A DNA stretch of 64,000 nt from assembly GCA_965220075.1 (NCBI GenBank), contig OZ244806.1:392332-456331 (forward strand), in the 5' to 3' direction. The stretch comes from Chloroflexota bacterium (GTDB lineage: Bacteria; Chloroflexota; UBA11872). Made by a program: the position numbers and the translations under genes. Shown here piece after piece: positions 10,444-22,555 of the stretch (positions are counted from its first letter, which is position 1; the number at the start of each line of letters is the position of its first letter). The notes under the pieces are model-generated. The model did not search any database and was not told the DNA's origin. It saw only the letters and a list, made by a program, of their open reading frames with translations.

Positions 10444-11202
10444 ATGTTGCACGAGTTCATCGCTTCCCCGCGCGCGCTTGGCGCCGTGGCCAAGATTGTG
10501 GTGGCGTTGTGGTTCGTGCTCTTCATGGTCGGCCTGCTGGATTTCACCCACCTGGCGACGTTGATGCTGCTGTCCGCCGGCGCCTTTGTCCTGTACGAGG
10601 CGGGCGTGCGAAGCGAGTTGGGCTGGTCGCTGGTCGCGGCCGGCCTCACGGCCCAACTGACCCGGATTGAGGGCATTCCCATCGAGGGACGCGTGGCTAC
10701 GTGGATCGCCCTGCCGCTGGCCGTGGGGCTCGTGGCCTATTTTCGCGGCACGCTCAGTGCGCGCGCCGTCGTCAACGTTGTCGGGAGCGACGGTTTCGAG
10801 GTGACCACGCCGGTGGGCGCCTCCTCGCACACGCTGCACGGCAGCCTTACGAGCGGCGAGGTCAGCGCCGTGTTCCGCAAGACCGTGGCCGACTTGCGCG
10901 GCGTCAAGCTCGCGCGCCGACCGGCGTTCCTCGACGTGAACTGCGTGTTCGGCGAAGTGGAGGTGCGCGTGCCGTCGCACTGGCTCGTCCACCACAAAGT
11001 AGACAGCCTGCTGAATCGGATCCGTCTGGAGTTCGGCGGCGCCCTGCATTCGATCGGCCCCCTCAGCGTGGCGCGCCCCAGCGAGCCGCCGCAGGCTGAT
11101 CTCGGGCTGAAGGACCTCACGGCGCCGGAGGACGATCCCGGCCTGCCGCATCTGCTCATCCAGGGATCGGTGGTCTTCGGCCGCCTGCTCATAACCGACT
11201 GA
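10444..11202 (+). CDS. LiaF-like/DUF2154 membrane protein
   Basis: About four N-terminal TM helices; C-terminal AVF..DLR..VNCVFGEVEVRVP..W..G.VVFG; GGAG SD upstream. Confidence 0.75.
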   Translation: MLHEFIASPRALGAVAKIVVALWFVLFMVGLLDFTHLATLMLLSAGAFVLYEAGVRSELGWSLVAAGLTAQLTRIEGIPIEGRVATWIALPLAVGLVAYFRGTLSARAVVNVVGSDGFEVTTPVGASSHTLHGSLTSGEVSAVFRKTVADLRGVKLARRPAFLDVNCVFGEVEVRVPSHWLVHHKVDSLLNRIRLEFGGALHSIGPLSVARPSEPPQADLGLKDLTAPEDDPGLPHLLIQGSVVFGRLLITD

Positions 11203-11305
11203 GGACCGCCGTTGGCGGGCGGCGGCGGCGGCTCCACCGCACGTCGCTTTTCCCCGCTCTGTGCATAATGGCGTTGCTCTGACCGCCAGCGCTTGACGGG
11301 AAGTT

Positions 11306-11998
11306 GTGATGCCGGTGCACCACAGTGGAGGGTCCGGTCGGGTTTTGCTCGGCGCCATCGTCGTGCTTGGCGGGCTGTGGCTGCTGCTCGACAACCTGGA
11401 CGTGATCGACCTGGGCGCGCCCTGGCGCTGGCTGCCCCTGGTTCTGGTCGCGCTGGGAGTTTGGGCGCTGCTGCGCAGCGGCTTTCGCCAGGTGCTGGGG
11501 CCTCTCATCCTCATTCTGATCGGCGTTGCCGTCCAGCTGGTGGCGCTGGAGCAAGTTCCGGACCAGGTGAAAGTGAGCATCTGGCCGGCCGTGATAATTC
11601 TTGCCGGTGCCGTGCTGGTGTTCCGCGGCGCCGGGCATAGAGTGAGTCGACCGGCCGCCGCCGGGTCGCGGGATCTCTCCATCACCTCGGCTTTCTCAGC
11701 GGCAAACGAGCGCGTCGACGGCGAGTTTCGCCGTGGCCAGGCCACCTGTGTTTTCGGGAGCGCCGAGATTGACTTGCGCGATGCGCAGATATCGCACCCT
11801 CCGGCCGTGGTCGACATCAGCTGCATATTCGGCGGCGCCGAGCTGCGCGTTCCTCGCGGCTGGGTGATTCGCAACGACGTGATCGGGCTGTTTGGCGGGG
11901 TGTCCGACGAGCGGCGCGGAGACGCGGAGGCGGGCGGCTCGCCGCGCCTGTCGGTGCAAGGCGCGGTGGTCTTCGGCGGGCTGACTCTCAAGGACTGA
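11306..11998 (+). CDS. LiaF-like/DUF2154 membrane protein
   Basis: GLWLLLDNL..WLPLVLVALG TM region; VFGSAEIDLRDA, CIFGGAELRVPRGW, LFGGVSD, GAVVFGG. Confidence 0.85.
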   Translation: MMPVHHSGGSGRVLLGAIVVLGGLWLLLDNLDVIDLGAPWRWLPLVLVALGVWALLRSGFRQVLGPLILILIGVAVQLVALEQVPDQVKVSIWPAVIILAGAVLVFRGAGHRVSRPAAAGSRDLSITSAFSAANERVDGEFRRGQATCVFGSAEIDLRDAQISHPPAVVDISCIFGGAELRVPRGWVIRNDVIGLFGGVSDERRGDAEAGGSPRLSVQGAVVFGGLTLKD

Positions 11999-12003
11999 GT
12001 CAG

Positions 12004-12075
12004 GCCGCGCTCGGCTGCGCGCCTCGGCCGGCTTCCACGCGGAGCCGGCCACCCCCGCGGACGGCCGAGCGTGGC
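12004..12075. other. Long imperfect stem-loop downstream of second LiaF-like gene
   Basis: Outer GCCGCGCTCGGC/GCCGAGCGTGGC and inner GGCCGGCTTC/GGAGCCGGCC arms. Confidence 0.5.
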
Positions 12076-12081
12076 AGGTCT

Positions 12082-12173
12082 CCGTCGTTCCGGCGACAAG
12101 CCTGTCCCATGCTCGATACGGGGTCTCATACGTGCGGGGACGGACCTGGACCCGGCTTTCGCCGGGCTGGCGG
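12082..12173. repeat. Degenerate inverted pair of CGTC-type palindromic repeats with ~25-bp cassette in the first loop
   Basis: CCGTCGTTCCGGCG-[AAGCCTGTCCCATGCTCGATACGG]...CTGGACCCGGCTTTCGCCGGGCTGGCGG; same layout at 60681-60836. Confidence 0.65.
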
Positions 12174-12190
12174 AAGGATGGGCTACTCTC

Positions 12191-12345
12191 CGTCACTCCC
12201 GCGGAAAGAGACCTTTGCGTAACCCCTCGTCATTCCCGCGCACGCGGGAATCCAGGCCCCACCCAACCTGGAATCGCGCAGGGTTCTCCGCGGATATCCT
12301 TAGCCTGACCGGGTTATGCAAACGTCTCCGAAAGCGGGAATCTAG
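12191..12345 (+). repeat. CGTC-type palindrome interrupted by a MITE
   Basis: CGTCACTCCCGCGGAAA | insertion | CGAAAGCGGGAATCTAG rejoins to approximately CGTCACTCCCGCGAAAGCGGGAATCTAG. Confidence 0.7.
12208..12328. mobile_element. 121-bp MITE with IS5/IS1106-like terminal inverted repeats, carrying an internal CGTC palindrome
   Basis: Left end GAGACCTTTGCGTAACCC, right end GGGTTATGCAAACGTCTC (16/18 match); flanks GGAAA/CGAAA; internal CGTCATTCCCGCGCACGCGGGAATCCAG at 12228-12255. Confidence 0.7.
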
Positions 12346-12783
12346 ACCCACCGACCTCTAAGCGAGAAGTTCCGGTTGGCAGCCCCGCTCCCTATGCGCT
12401 CCCTTCAACCGCAAGGATCAGTGACTTCGGGAGGCTTGTGATCGTGCGCACATACCGTCAAGGCCCTAAATAGCAGTCCCCCTGGCAGTGCCGGCGTACG
12501 TTTGTCGCGGGGCGCAGCCAGACGGACATCTCGCAAGACGGCGCGGCTGAACCGTTCGGGCTTATCTATCTAAGGGCAAGGCTAACCTTGATGATAAACC
12601 CGCGGACTAGAGCCATGGCGCGCCTGCCCGCAGATAGGTCGGTACGGTCTCGCTGGCCATAAATCAAAAGACCACAGTCGTGTACGGACCGAATCCTGAA
12701 ACTGGCCGACCGGCCAATCAGACCTTAGCTGCCGCCCGCTGCGCCCGACGCGCTATTGGCTTCGTTTACCGTCCGCGGCGGAG

Positions 12784-13047
12784 CTAACCAGCCTTTTGCA
12801 CGCCGAGATCACCCGCGCGCATCTCGAACTTAACTTTGATCCCGCGCTGGATGGCCGCCGTCTCGATCCGCCCGCGGATCGTGGGCTGCCGCTTCTTTTC
12901 CTCTTCCGACAGGCCGACGACTACCCATTCTCCGGGCTTGGTCTTAGCCACGGACCTTACGATTTCGCGAATCTCGGGGCTGATGCGCCGTGCTCGCTGC
13001 GGCCGCTGCGCCCATTCGCCCCCGTCGACTACCTCTTTGATCTTCAT
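12784..13047 (-). CDS. Small basic hypothetical protein (87 aa), possibly nucleic-acid binding
   Basis: ATG preceded by AGGGGGA SD; Lys/Arg/Glu-rich, protein-like composition unlike the shadow ORFs; own promoter-like element upstream. Confidence 0.7.
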   Translation of the reverse strand: MKIKEVVDGGEWAQRPQRARRISPEIREIVRSVAKTKPGEWVVVGLSEEEKKRQPTIRGRIETAAIQRGIKVKFEMRAGDLGVQKAG

Positions 13048-13088
13048 TGAGCGTCCCCCTATGCGCGGGCCTTCTCAAGGCCTGCACT

Positions 13089-13119
13089 GTAACCCCGAGA
13101 GCACATCATAGCAGGTTAC
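13089..13119 (-). promoter_or_regulatory. Putative extended -10 promoter flanked by GTAACC/GGTTAC inverted repeat
   Basis: Minus strand TG-C-TATGAT (13113-13105) lies between GTAACC (13089-13094) and GGTTAC (13114-13119). Confidence 0.45.
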
Positions 13120-13336
13120 GGATGTACCAACACGTTCCCAGTAAGGACCGGGTGGCCGCGTGGCTTGCGTTATCCGTCCCACTGGTGTTACGAGGTATAG
13201 ACGAGCCCGTGCGCAGCTTGCCAGTGATCGTGCGCCGCACGTCCTCAAACTATTCTGGCCGGTCCATTGGGGCCGAGTAGCCGGGAGATCGAGTCGACCG
13301 CAAGCACGCACTTCGGAGTCGCCTGGCGGAGCTATG

Positions 13337-14139
13337 TCACCAAGCGTGTCTCCACTCCCAGGTTAACTCCCGCTGGGAAAACACCGGGCCCTCTTTGCAA
13401 ACCCGCTCTATGCCGGCGGTCGTCTTGACTACACACGAATAGCAAACGCCCATCGCGCAGCCCATTCGCGCCTCCAGTGAAAAGTGAATGGACTTCGCTT
13501 CAGAGCCGCAATCCAGCCGGGCGGCAAGCTGTGCCATGGCCTGCATCATGGGCTCGGGACCGCACACGAAAACCTGATCGGCCCAGGCGTAGCGCTCCCC
13601 CACCAGCTCGGTGACCAGTGCGCGGCGCCCCAGGCTTCCGTCGTCCGTGGCGATGACGTAGCCGACCCGATCCGCCAGGTATTGAGCGGGCGTGATAGCG
13701 TCGCGGTCTCGTCCGCCCGCCAGTATCTCCACCTCGACCTCGTGCGCCGCCGCCTCGTCCGCCAGCGCGATCAGCGGCGCAAGACCAATGCCCCCGCCCA
13801 CCATCAGGGCGCGGCGCTGGACTGGCTCGAACTCGAACCAGGTGCCCAGCGGTCCCAGGAAGCTGACCTCCGTTGCGGGCGAGCGGGTCACCAGACACTC
13901 GCTGCCGCGGCCCACAACGTCCACCAGCAGCGCCACGCGGCCGCGCGCCCGGTCGATTCGGCTGAAGCTGAACGGCCGCCGCAGCATAGGATCGAAGGAG
14001 TCCTCGGGGCCGCACAGAACATGCGCAAACTGGCCGGGACGCGCTTCGGCGGCGATCGCGGGCGCTTCGTACTCACACCACCAGAGCCGCGCGCTGATCC
14101 GTGTATTGCTTACGACGCGGGCCTGCTCCAAACGAGCCA

Positions 14140-14140
<1 letters not shown>
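13337..14140 (-). CDS. pyrK: Dihydroorotate dehydrogenase electron transfer subunit
   Basis: PGQF, LRRPFS, GPLG, GGGIGLAP, TDDGSLG, CGPEPMM, EARMGCAMGVCYSC..RVCKEGPVF [2Fe-2S] motif. Confidence 0.93.
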
Positions 14141-17370
<3,230 letters not shown>

Positions 17371-17505
17371 CGGCGTCTGATTCTCGTCGCCGCACGTTAG
17401 GCGGCTCGCTCAGTCATGCGCAGATCATCGCGCCCGCGCGCCTGCGCACTGTCCCGGGCTTGCCAGCAAGGCGTCCCTCGGGCAGGGAACCAGGCCGTTG
17501 TCACG

Positions 17506-18705
17506 TCAGGTTGACTCCCGGTTCGACGGCAGCATGTCGAGGAAGCGGTCGAAAAGATACTGGTTGTCCTGCGGCCCCGGACTCGCCTCCGGGTGGTACT
17601 GCACCGAGAAGACCGGCAACCGATCATGCGTGAGCCCTTCCACCGAGCCGTCGTTCAGGTTCGTGTGGCTCACGCGGAATCCGCTCGACGGAGGGATGGA
17701 AGCCGCGTCGACCTGGTAGCCGTGGTTCTGCGAGGTGATGTGCGTGCGGCCGGTGGCCAGATCCTTGACGGGGTGATTGGCGCCGCGATGTCCAAACGGC
17801 AAGCGGCTGGTGGTGGCGCCGATCGCCAGACCTAGAATCTGATGACCCAGGCAGATGCCCATCAGCGGGTAGCGGCCGATGAGCTGGCGCGCGGTGTCCA
17901 CCGCTTGCCGCGACTGCACCGGATTGCCCGGGCCGTTGCAGATCACCACGCCGTCCGGCGCCGTGGCCGCGATCTCGCCCGCGCCGGCGCCGTAGGGCAG
18001 CACCCGCACGCGGCAACCGCGGCGCACCAGCGACCGCACGATGTTTGATTTCACGCCCACGTCCAGCAGCGTGATGCGCGGCGTCCAGGTGCGCACCGGG
18101 GGCGCCGGCCAGGGCCCCCAGGCGGCCTCGCGCGCCTCGAAAGGCTCCGGCACCGAGACTTCGGGAACGAGCTGCTGGTCGTCGTAGGGAGCGGCCCGCC
18201 GGGCCGCTTGGACGTGCTCTTGGGCCCACTCTCGGGCGGCCGGCAGGCGCCCGCTCGACCACTGGTAGGGACTTGCTCCGCGCGCTAGCGCGGCGGGGGC
18301 GCGCGCCAGGACGGCGCGCTGCGGCCCCAGCGTGCGGATGACGCGGGTCAGCGCGCGCGTATCCACGCCCTCGATCCCCGGTATCTCGTGGCTGGCCAGA
18401 AACGCGTCCATCCCGCCGCTGCGCCGCCAGTGGCTGGGGCTCTCGGCCAGCTCGCGAACGGCCAGCCCCGCGATCCACGGCCGCCGCGACTCCAGGTCCT
18501 CGGGGCTGACGCCGTAGTTGTCGATGAGCGGGTAGGTCAACGTCACGATCTGGCCTCGATACGACGGGTCGGTGGAGATCTCCTGGTAGCCCGTCATGCT
18601 CGTGTTGAACACCACTTCGCCCGACCCGGCAGCGGCGCTCCCGAAGCCGAATCCGAAGAAGAGATCGCCGGTTTCCAGCGCCAGCACCGCCGGGCGCACG
18701 CTCAT
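17506..18705 (-). CDS. carA: Carbamoyl-phosphate synthase small subunit
   Basis: GEVVFNTSMTGYQE..TDPSY, NGPGNP, GICLGHQ, FSVQYHPEASPGP. Confidence 0.97.
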   Translation of the reverse strand: MSVRPAVLALETGDLFFGFGFGSAAAGSGEVVFNTSMTGYQEISTDPSYRGQIVTLTYPLIDNYGVSPEDLESRRPWIAGLAVRELAESPSHWRRSGGMDAFLASHEIPGIEGVDTRALTRVIRTLGPQRAVLARAPAALARGASPYQWSSGRLPAAREWAQEHVQAARRAAPYDDQQLVPEVSVPEPFEAREAAWGPWPAPPVRTWTPRITLLDVGVKSNIVRSLVRRGCRVRVLPYGAGAGEIAATAPDGVVICNGPGNPVQSRQAVDTARQLIGRYPLMGICLGHQILGLAIGATTSRLPFGHRGANHPVKDLATGRTHITSQNHGYQVDAASIPPSSGFRVSHTNLNDGSVEGLTHDRLPVFSVQYHPEASPGPQDNQYLFDRFLDMLPSNREST

Positions 18706-20057
18706 ACGGGTGCCAGGGAATCGGCCTGGGAACGATCGAAGACGACCTTCCCCCGCACGATCGTGCGGCGCACGACTCCCCTCATCGGCAGGCCCGCCAG
18801 CGGCGTGTTTTTTCCCCTGGAGCGGAATGAGCCGGCGGGGTCGACTACGAACTCCTCGTCAGGGTCGAACAGAGTGACGTCGGCCGGGGCGCCGGGCCGC
18901 AGGGATCCGTAGGGAAGACCGAAAGCCCGTGCGGGCGCGCTGGTCAGCGCTTCGACGGCCTTGGGCAGCTCCAGCTTGCCCGCGTGCACCAGGCTCAGAA
19001 CGCTCGCCAGGGCCGTCTCGAACGCGCTGAAGCCCACCGGCGCATCCGCAAACTCCACGTCCTTCTCGTGCCGAGCGTGCGGCGCGTGGTCGCTGGCGAT
19101 GCAGTCGATGACGCCCTCTATCAGCGCCGCGAGCAGGCTGTCGCAATCAGTGCGTTCGCGCAGCGGCGGCGCCACTTTCGTGTTGGCGTCGTAGGGGCCG
19201 AGCGCCGCGCTGACCGGATCGGCGCGTCCTCCCACCAGGTCGGCGGTGAGCGTCAAGTGATGCGGCGTCACCTCGGCCGTCACGTTGATGCCGCGATCCT
19301 TGGCGCGCCGGATCAGGTCCACCGATCCGGCCGAGCTCACGTGCAGGCAGTGATAGCGGCCGCCGGTCAGCTCGGCCAGAAGCAGATCGCGCGCCAGCAT
19401 GATCTCTTCCGATTGGCGCGGCGTGCCGGCAAGCCCCAGGCGCGTGGAGACCAGACCCTCGTGCATCGCGGCCTCCGCGTACAGCTCGGGGTCCTCGCAG
19501 TGGTTGCTGACCGGCACGCCGAACTGACGCGCATACTCCAGCGCGTGGCGCATGAGAGAGGTGCTGGCCAGGGGAATGCCGTCGTCGCTGAATCCGATCA
19601 CGCCCGCGTCCGCCAGGTCTCCCATCTCCACCAGCTGTCGGCCCGCCTGGTTGACGCTTATGCACGCGTGCATGAACACGCGCACCTTGGCCCGCGCGCT
19701 GACCTGCTCCATGAGGCCCTCCACGACGCTGCGGTTGTCGATTACAGGGTCCGTGTTGGGCATGCAGCAGACGGTCGTGAATCCTCCCGCCGCCGCGGCG
19801 GCCGTGCCGCTGGCGATGTTCTCCTTGTACTCGAATCCGGGAACGCGCAGATGCGCGTGCAGGTCCACAAACCCGGGCGTGACCACCAACCCGGCCGCGT
19901 CGATGATCTCGGTCGCGCCCAAGGGGAGCTGCTCGCCGGCGTCGCCGACCGCGCGTATCAGCCCGCCTTCGATCACGACGTCGCTCACGCGGTCGAGTCC
20001 TTGGGCGGGGTCGATCACCCGGCCCCCGCGTATGAGCAGCCGTTTCTCGGAGCTCAT
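18702..20057 (-). CDS. pyrC: Dihydroorotase (multifunctional-complex type)
   Basis: Start MSSEKRLLIRGG; PGFVDLHAHLR, MPNT, FSDDG, HCED, AEVTPHH, SDHAPH, SRGKNTP. Confidence 0.96.
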   Translation of the reverse strand: MSSEKRLLIRGGRVIDPAQGLDRVSDVVIEGGLIRAVGDAGEQLPLGATEIIDAAGLVVTPGFVDLHAHLRVPGFEYKENIASGTAAAAAGGFTTVCCMPNTDPVIDNRSVVEGLMEQVSARAKVRVFMHACISVNQAGRQLVEMGDLADAGVIGFSDDGIPLASTSLMRHALEYARQFGVPVSNHCEDPELYAEAAMHEGLVSTRLGLAGTPRQSEEIMLARDLLLAELTGGRYHCLHVSSAGSVDLIRRAKDRGINVTAEVTPHHLTLTADLVGGRADPVSAALGPYDANTKVAPPLRERTDCDSLLAALIEGVIDCIASDHAPHARHEKDVEFADAPVGFSAFETALASVLSLVHAGKLELPKAVEALTSAPARAFGLPYGSLRPGAPADVTLFDPDEEFVVDPAGSFRSRGKNTPLAGLPMRGVVRRTIVRGKVVFDRSQADSLAPV

Positions 20058-20671
20058 TGCTCGGCGCGCTCCAGGTACTCGGCCAGCTCCGCCTTGGCGG
20101 TGTCTAGCACCGGGTCGCCATGGCCCACCGCCAGGCTGGTGAAGTTCAAGTCCAGCAGCCGGCCCAAGGACCGCGGCGGGCGCATGCGTGGATGCGCCCC
20201 CAGGCGGCTCTCGCCGTGCGTCCAATAGCTGACGGTTCCCAGCGCGTCGCCCACGAAGAGCACGCCGCGCTCCTCCGGCCAGAGCAACGCGTGCTCGCCG
20301 GGAGTGATGCCCCCCAGCGCCACCGCCCGCAGGTTGCCCGGCAGGGCCGTGTCCTCGGAGTAGGCGTGGTCGGGCACGACCGCTTCGAGCTCGCGCACGT
20401 CCGCGGCCGGCGCCCACACCTGCGCGTCCCAGCGGGCGCGCAGAATCGCCGCCGCGCGTTCGTGGTAGTGGTTGGTCAGGATGATGTGCGCTATCCGGTT
20501 CCCGCGCGCGTTGGCAAGAGAGCGCGGGCTGATGTCCTGCGGGTCGATCGCGATGGCCCCCTCGGGCCGGTCGATCAGGTAGGACTCGAGCGTGTAGCGC
20601 GGCCAGGCCACACTCCACTGATACACCCCGGCCACGACCTCGCGCACCGGCCTGGCCTTGTAGCCGCTCAT
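20054..20671 (-). CDS. Metallo-beta-lactamase-fold protein
   Basis: AIDP, IILTNHYHER, TPGE, LFVGDAL, VGHG; 4-bp overlaps with both pyrB and pyrC. Confidence 0.8.
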   Translation of the reverse strand: MSGYKARPVREVVAGVYQWSVAWPRYTLESYLIDRPEGAIAIDPQDISPRSLANARGNRIAHIILTNHYHERAAAILRARWDAQVWAPAADVRELEAVVPDHAYSEDTALPGNLRAVALGGITPGEHALLWPEERGVLFVGDALGTVSYWTHGESRLGAHPRMRPPRSLGRLLDLNFTSLAVGHGDPVLDTAKAELAEYLERAEQ

Positions 20672-21618
20672 GCGTTAGCGGCGCCCGGCCCGCTCAGCAG
20701 CAGGTAGAGGATGGCCATGCGCACGGCCACGCCATTGGTCACCTGCTCGCCGATCACCGACTGCGCTCCGTAAGCGACGTCCGGTGAGATCTCGATCCCC
20801 TGATTCATCGGACCGGGATGCATGACGATGGCGTGGCGCCGGGCGCGGCCGACGCGCGCTTGCGTGAGACCCCAGCGGCGCGCGTACTCGCGCAGGTCCG
20901 GGAGCAGACCGCCGGTCATGCGCTCCTTCTGAATGCGCAGCGCCATCACCACGTCCGCGTCCTCGATGGCGTCGTCCAGGGCGTATTCGATCCGGATCTC
21001 CGCGCCGCCGTTTGTCAGCTGTGCGAAGCCGTCCCTCAGCAAGGTCGGGGGCCCGCACAGCCAGACGTGAGCGCCCATGCGGCCGAAGGCGGCGATCACC
21101 GAGCGCGCCACCCGGCTGTGCAGGATGTCGCCCACGATCACGACCTTGCGATTGGTGAGGTCGCCCAGATGGCGCCGGGCCGTGTAGAGGTCGAGCAGGG
21201 CCTGGGTGGGGTGACCGCGCCAGCCGTCGCCGGCGTTCACCACCCCGCACGACACGTGCCGCGCGGCCAGGTCGGGCGCGCCCGAGCGCGAGTGCCGCAT
21301 CACCAGCAGGTCGGCCCCCAGCGCCTGAATGGTTTGAAAGGTATCGACCAGCGACTCGCCCTTTTCTACGCTGCTGCCGGAGGCCGCCACGTTCACCGCG
21401 TCCGCGCCCAGATTCTTGGCGGCCAGCTCGAACGACACGCGCGTGCGCGTGCTGGGTTCGTAGAAGACGTTCACCATGGTCTTGCCGCGCAGCGTCGGCA
21501 CCCGGCTGATCGGCCGCGCCAGGATCTCGCGCATGGAATCGGCCGTGTCCAACACCAGCGAGATCTCGTCGCGCGTGAAGTCGGCGATGTCGATGAGATG
21601 CTTACGGTAGAGAGGCAT
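20668..21618 (-). CDS. pyrB: Aspartate carbamoyltransferase catalytic subunit
   Basis: [44 protein letters not shown]. Confidence 0.98.
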   Translation of the reverse strand: MPLYRKHLIDIADFTRDEISLVLDTADSMREILARPISRVPTLRGKTMVNVFYEPSTRTRVSFELAAKNLGADAVNVAASGSSVEKGESLVDTFQTIQALGADLLVMRHSRSGAPDLAARHVSCGVVNAGDGWRGHPTQALLDLYTARRHLGDLTNRKVVIVGDILHSRVARSVIAAFGRMGAHVWLCGPPTLLRDGFAQLTNGGAEIRIEYALDDAIEDADVVMALRIQKERMTGGLLPDLREYARRWGLTQARVGRARRHAIVMHPGPMNQGIEISPDVAYGAQSVIGEQVTNGVAVRMAILYLLLSGPGAANA

Positions 21619-22174
21619 CGCTCTCCCTCCGCCGGCCTATGAACACCGCGTCCTCGCCGTCGAACTCCGCCAGCCGTACGCTCACCACCTCGTCGGGCGC
21701 GGTGGGGATGTTCTTGCCCACGTAGTCGGCGCGGATCGGAAGCTCGCGATGGCCGCGGTCCACCAGCACGGCCAGCTGGATGGACCGCGGGCGTCCAAAG
21801 TCGTTGAGCGCGTCCATCGCGGCGCGCACCGATCGACCCGTGTAGAGCACGTCGTCCACCAGCACCACATCGCGCTCGCTCACGTCCACCGGGATCTCGC
21901 TCGGGTGGATGGTGGGCGCCGCGCGCCGGTCCAGATCGTCCCGATACATTCCGATGTCGAGGGCGCCGGTGGGCACGGAGACTGGTTCGAAGCGCTCGAT
22001 CTCGGCGCCCAGCCGGCCCGCCAGCGCGGGACCCGGGCGCAGGATGCCGACAAGCACCAGCGAGCCGGCGCCGCGATTGCGCTCCACGATCTCGTGCGCG
22101 ATTCGAACCACCGCGCGCCGAATGTCGTCGGCGCTCAGCACCAGCCGGCTCTGCCCCCCGATAGCCGTCACCAT
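21602..22174 (-). CDS. pyrR: Bifunctional pyr operon regulator / uracil phosphoribosyltransferase
   Basis: [49 protein letters not shown]; ATG at 22174 after G-rich SD. Confidence 0.96.
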   Translation of the reverse strand: MVTAIGGQSRLVLSADDIRRAVVRIAHEIVERNRGAGSLVLVGILRPGPALAGRLGAEIERFEPVSVPTGALDIGMYRDDLDRRAAPTIHPSEIPVDVSERDVVLVDDVLYTGRSVRAAMDALNDFGRPRSIQLAVLVDRGHRELPIRADYVGKNIPTAPDEVVSVRLAEFDGEDAVFIGRRRESDASLP

Positions 22175-22259
22175 TGCCCCCCGCGGACGCCGGCCCGGCG
22201 CGCGCGGCGGCAAAACAGGGGCCGCCTGCGGTCGGCGCGCGCCTGGAGCGGCGCGCGCT

Positions 22260-22291
22260 GCCTTTCCGCCTCGCCGGACCGGATTAAAGGC
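22260..22291 (-). promoter_or_regulatory. PyrR-binding RNA leader element
   Basis: Minus strand GCCUUUAAUCCGGUCCGGCGAGGCGGAAAGGC contains CUUUAA and a near match to ARUCCNGNGAGGYU inside a closing stem, upstream of pyrR. Confidence 0.85.
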
Positions 22292-22296
22292 TAAGT

Positions 22297-22302
22297 ATTA
22301 TA
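22297..22302 (-). promoter_or_regulatory. -10 box of pyr operon promoter
   Basis: Perfect TATAAT on minus strand 5 nt before the PyrR element; no canonical -35 seen. Confidence 0.7.
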
Positions 22303-22339
22303 GCCTGGCGGGCTGACGGCTCCCGCCGGCGTGACGGAA

Positions 22340-22555
22340 CGGTAAAGGCCGGGCGACGTGCAGGCCTTCAGCGGCGCGCGCCAACAGGCCGGAGCCGACC
22401 TGGGCATCTTCACCTGCTTCGAGCGGCGCGTGACGCCGCGGATGCGCGACGCGGCGGCCAGCGCCGGACGGTTTATGGGAGTGCCGGTGCGGCAGATCTA
22501 CACGGTCGAAGACTACTTCGCGGCACGGCGGCCCGTGCTCCCGACGGTGGCCTGA
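22340..22555 (+). pseudogene. Remnant resembling the C-terminus of an Mrr-like restriction endonuclease domain
   Basis: GDVQAFSGARQQAGADLGIFTCF..VTPRMRDAAASAGRF..QIYTVEDY resembles tails of methylase/Mrr-domain fusion proteins; the upstream portion is absent. Confidence 0.55.

Noticed and set aside
18702-20618. 638-aa extended pyrC ORF suggesting a fusion
   Set aside because: The extension overlaps the MBL gene in another frame; the real start is MSSEK at 20057.
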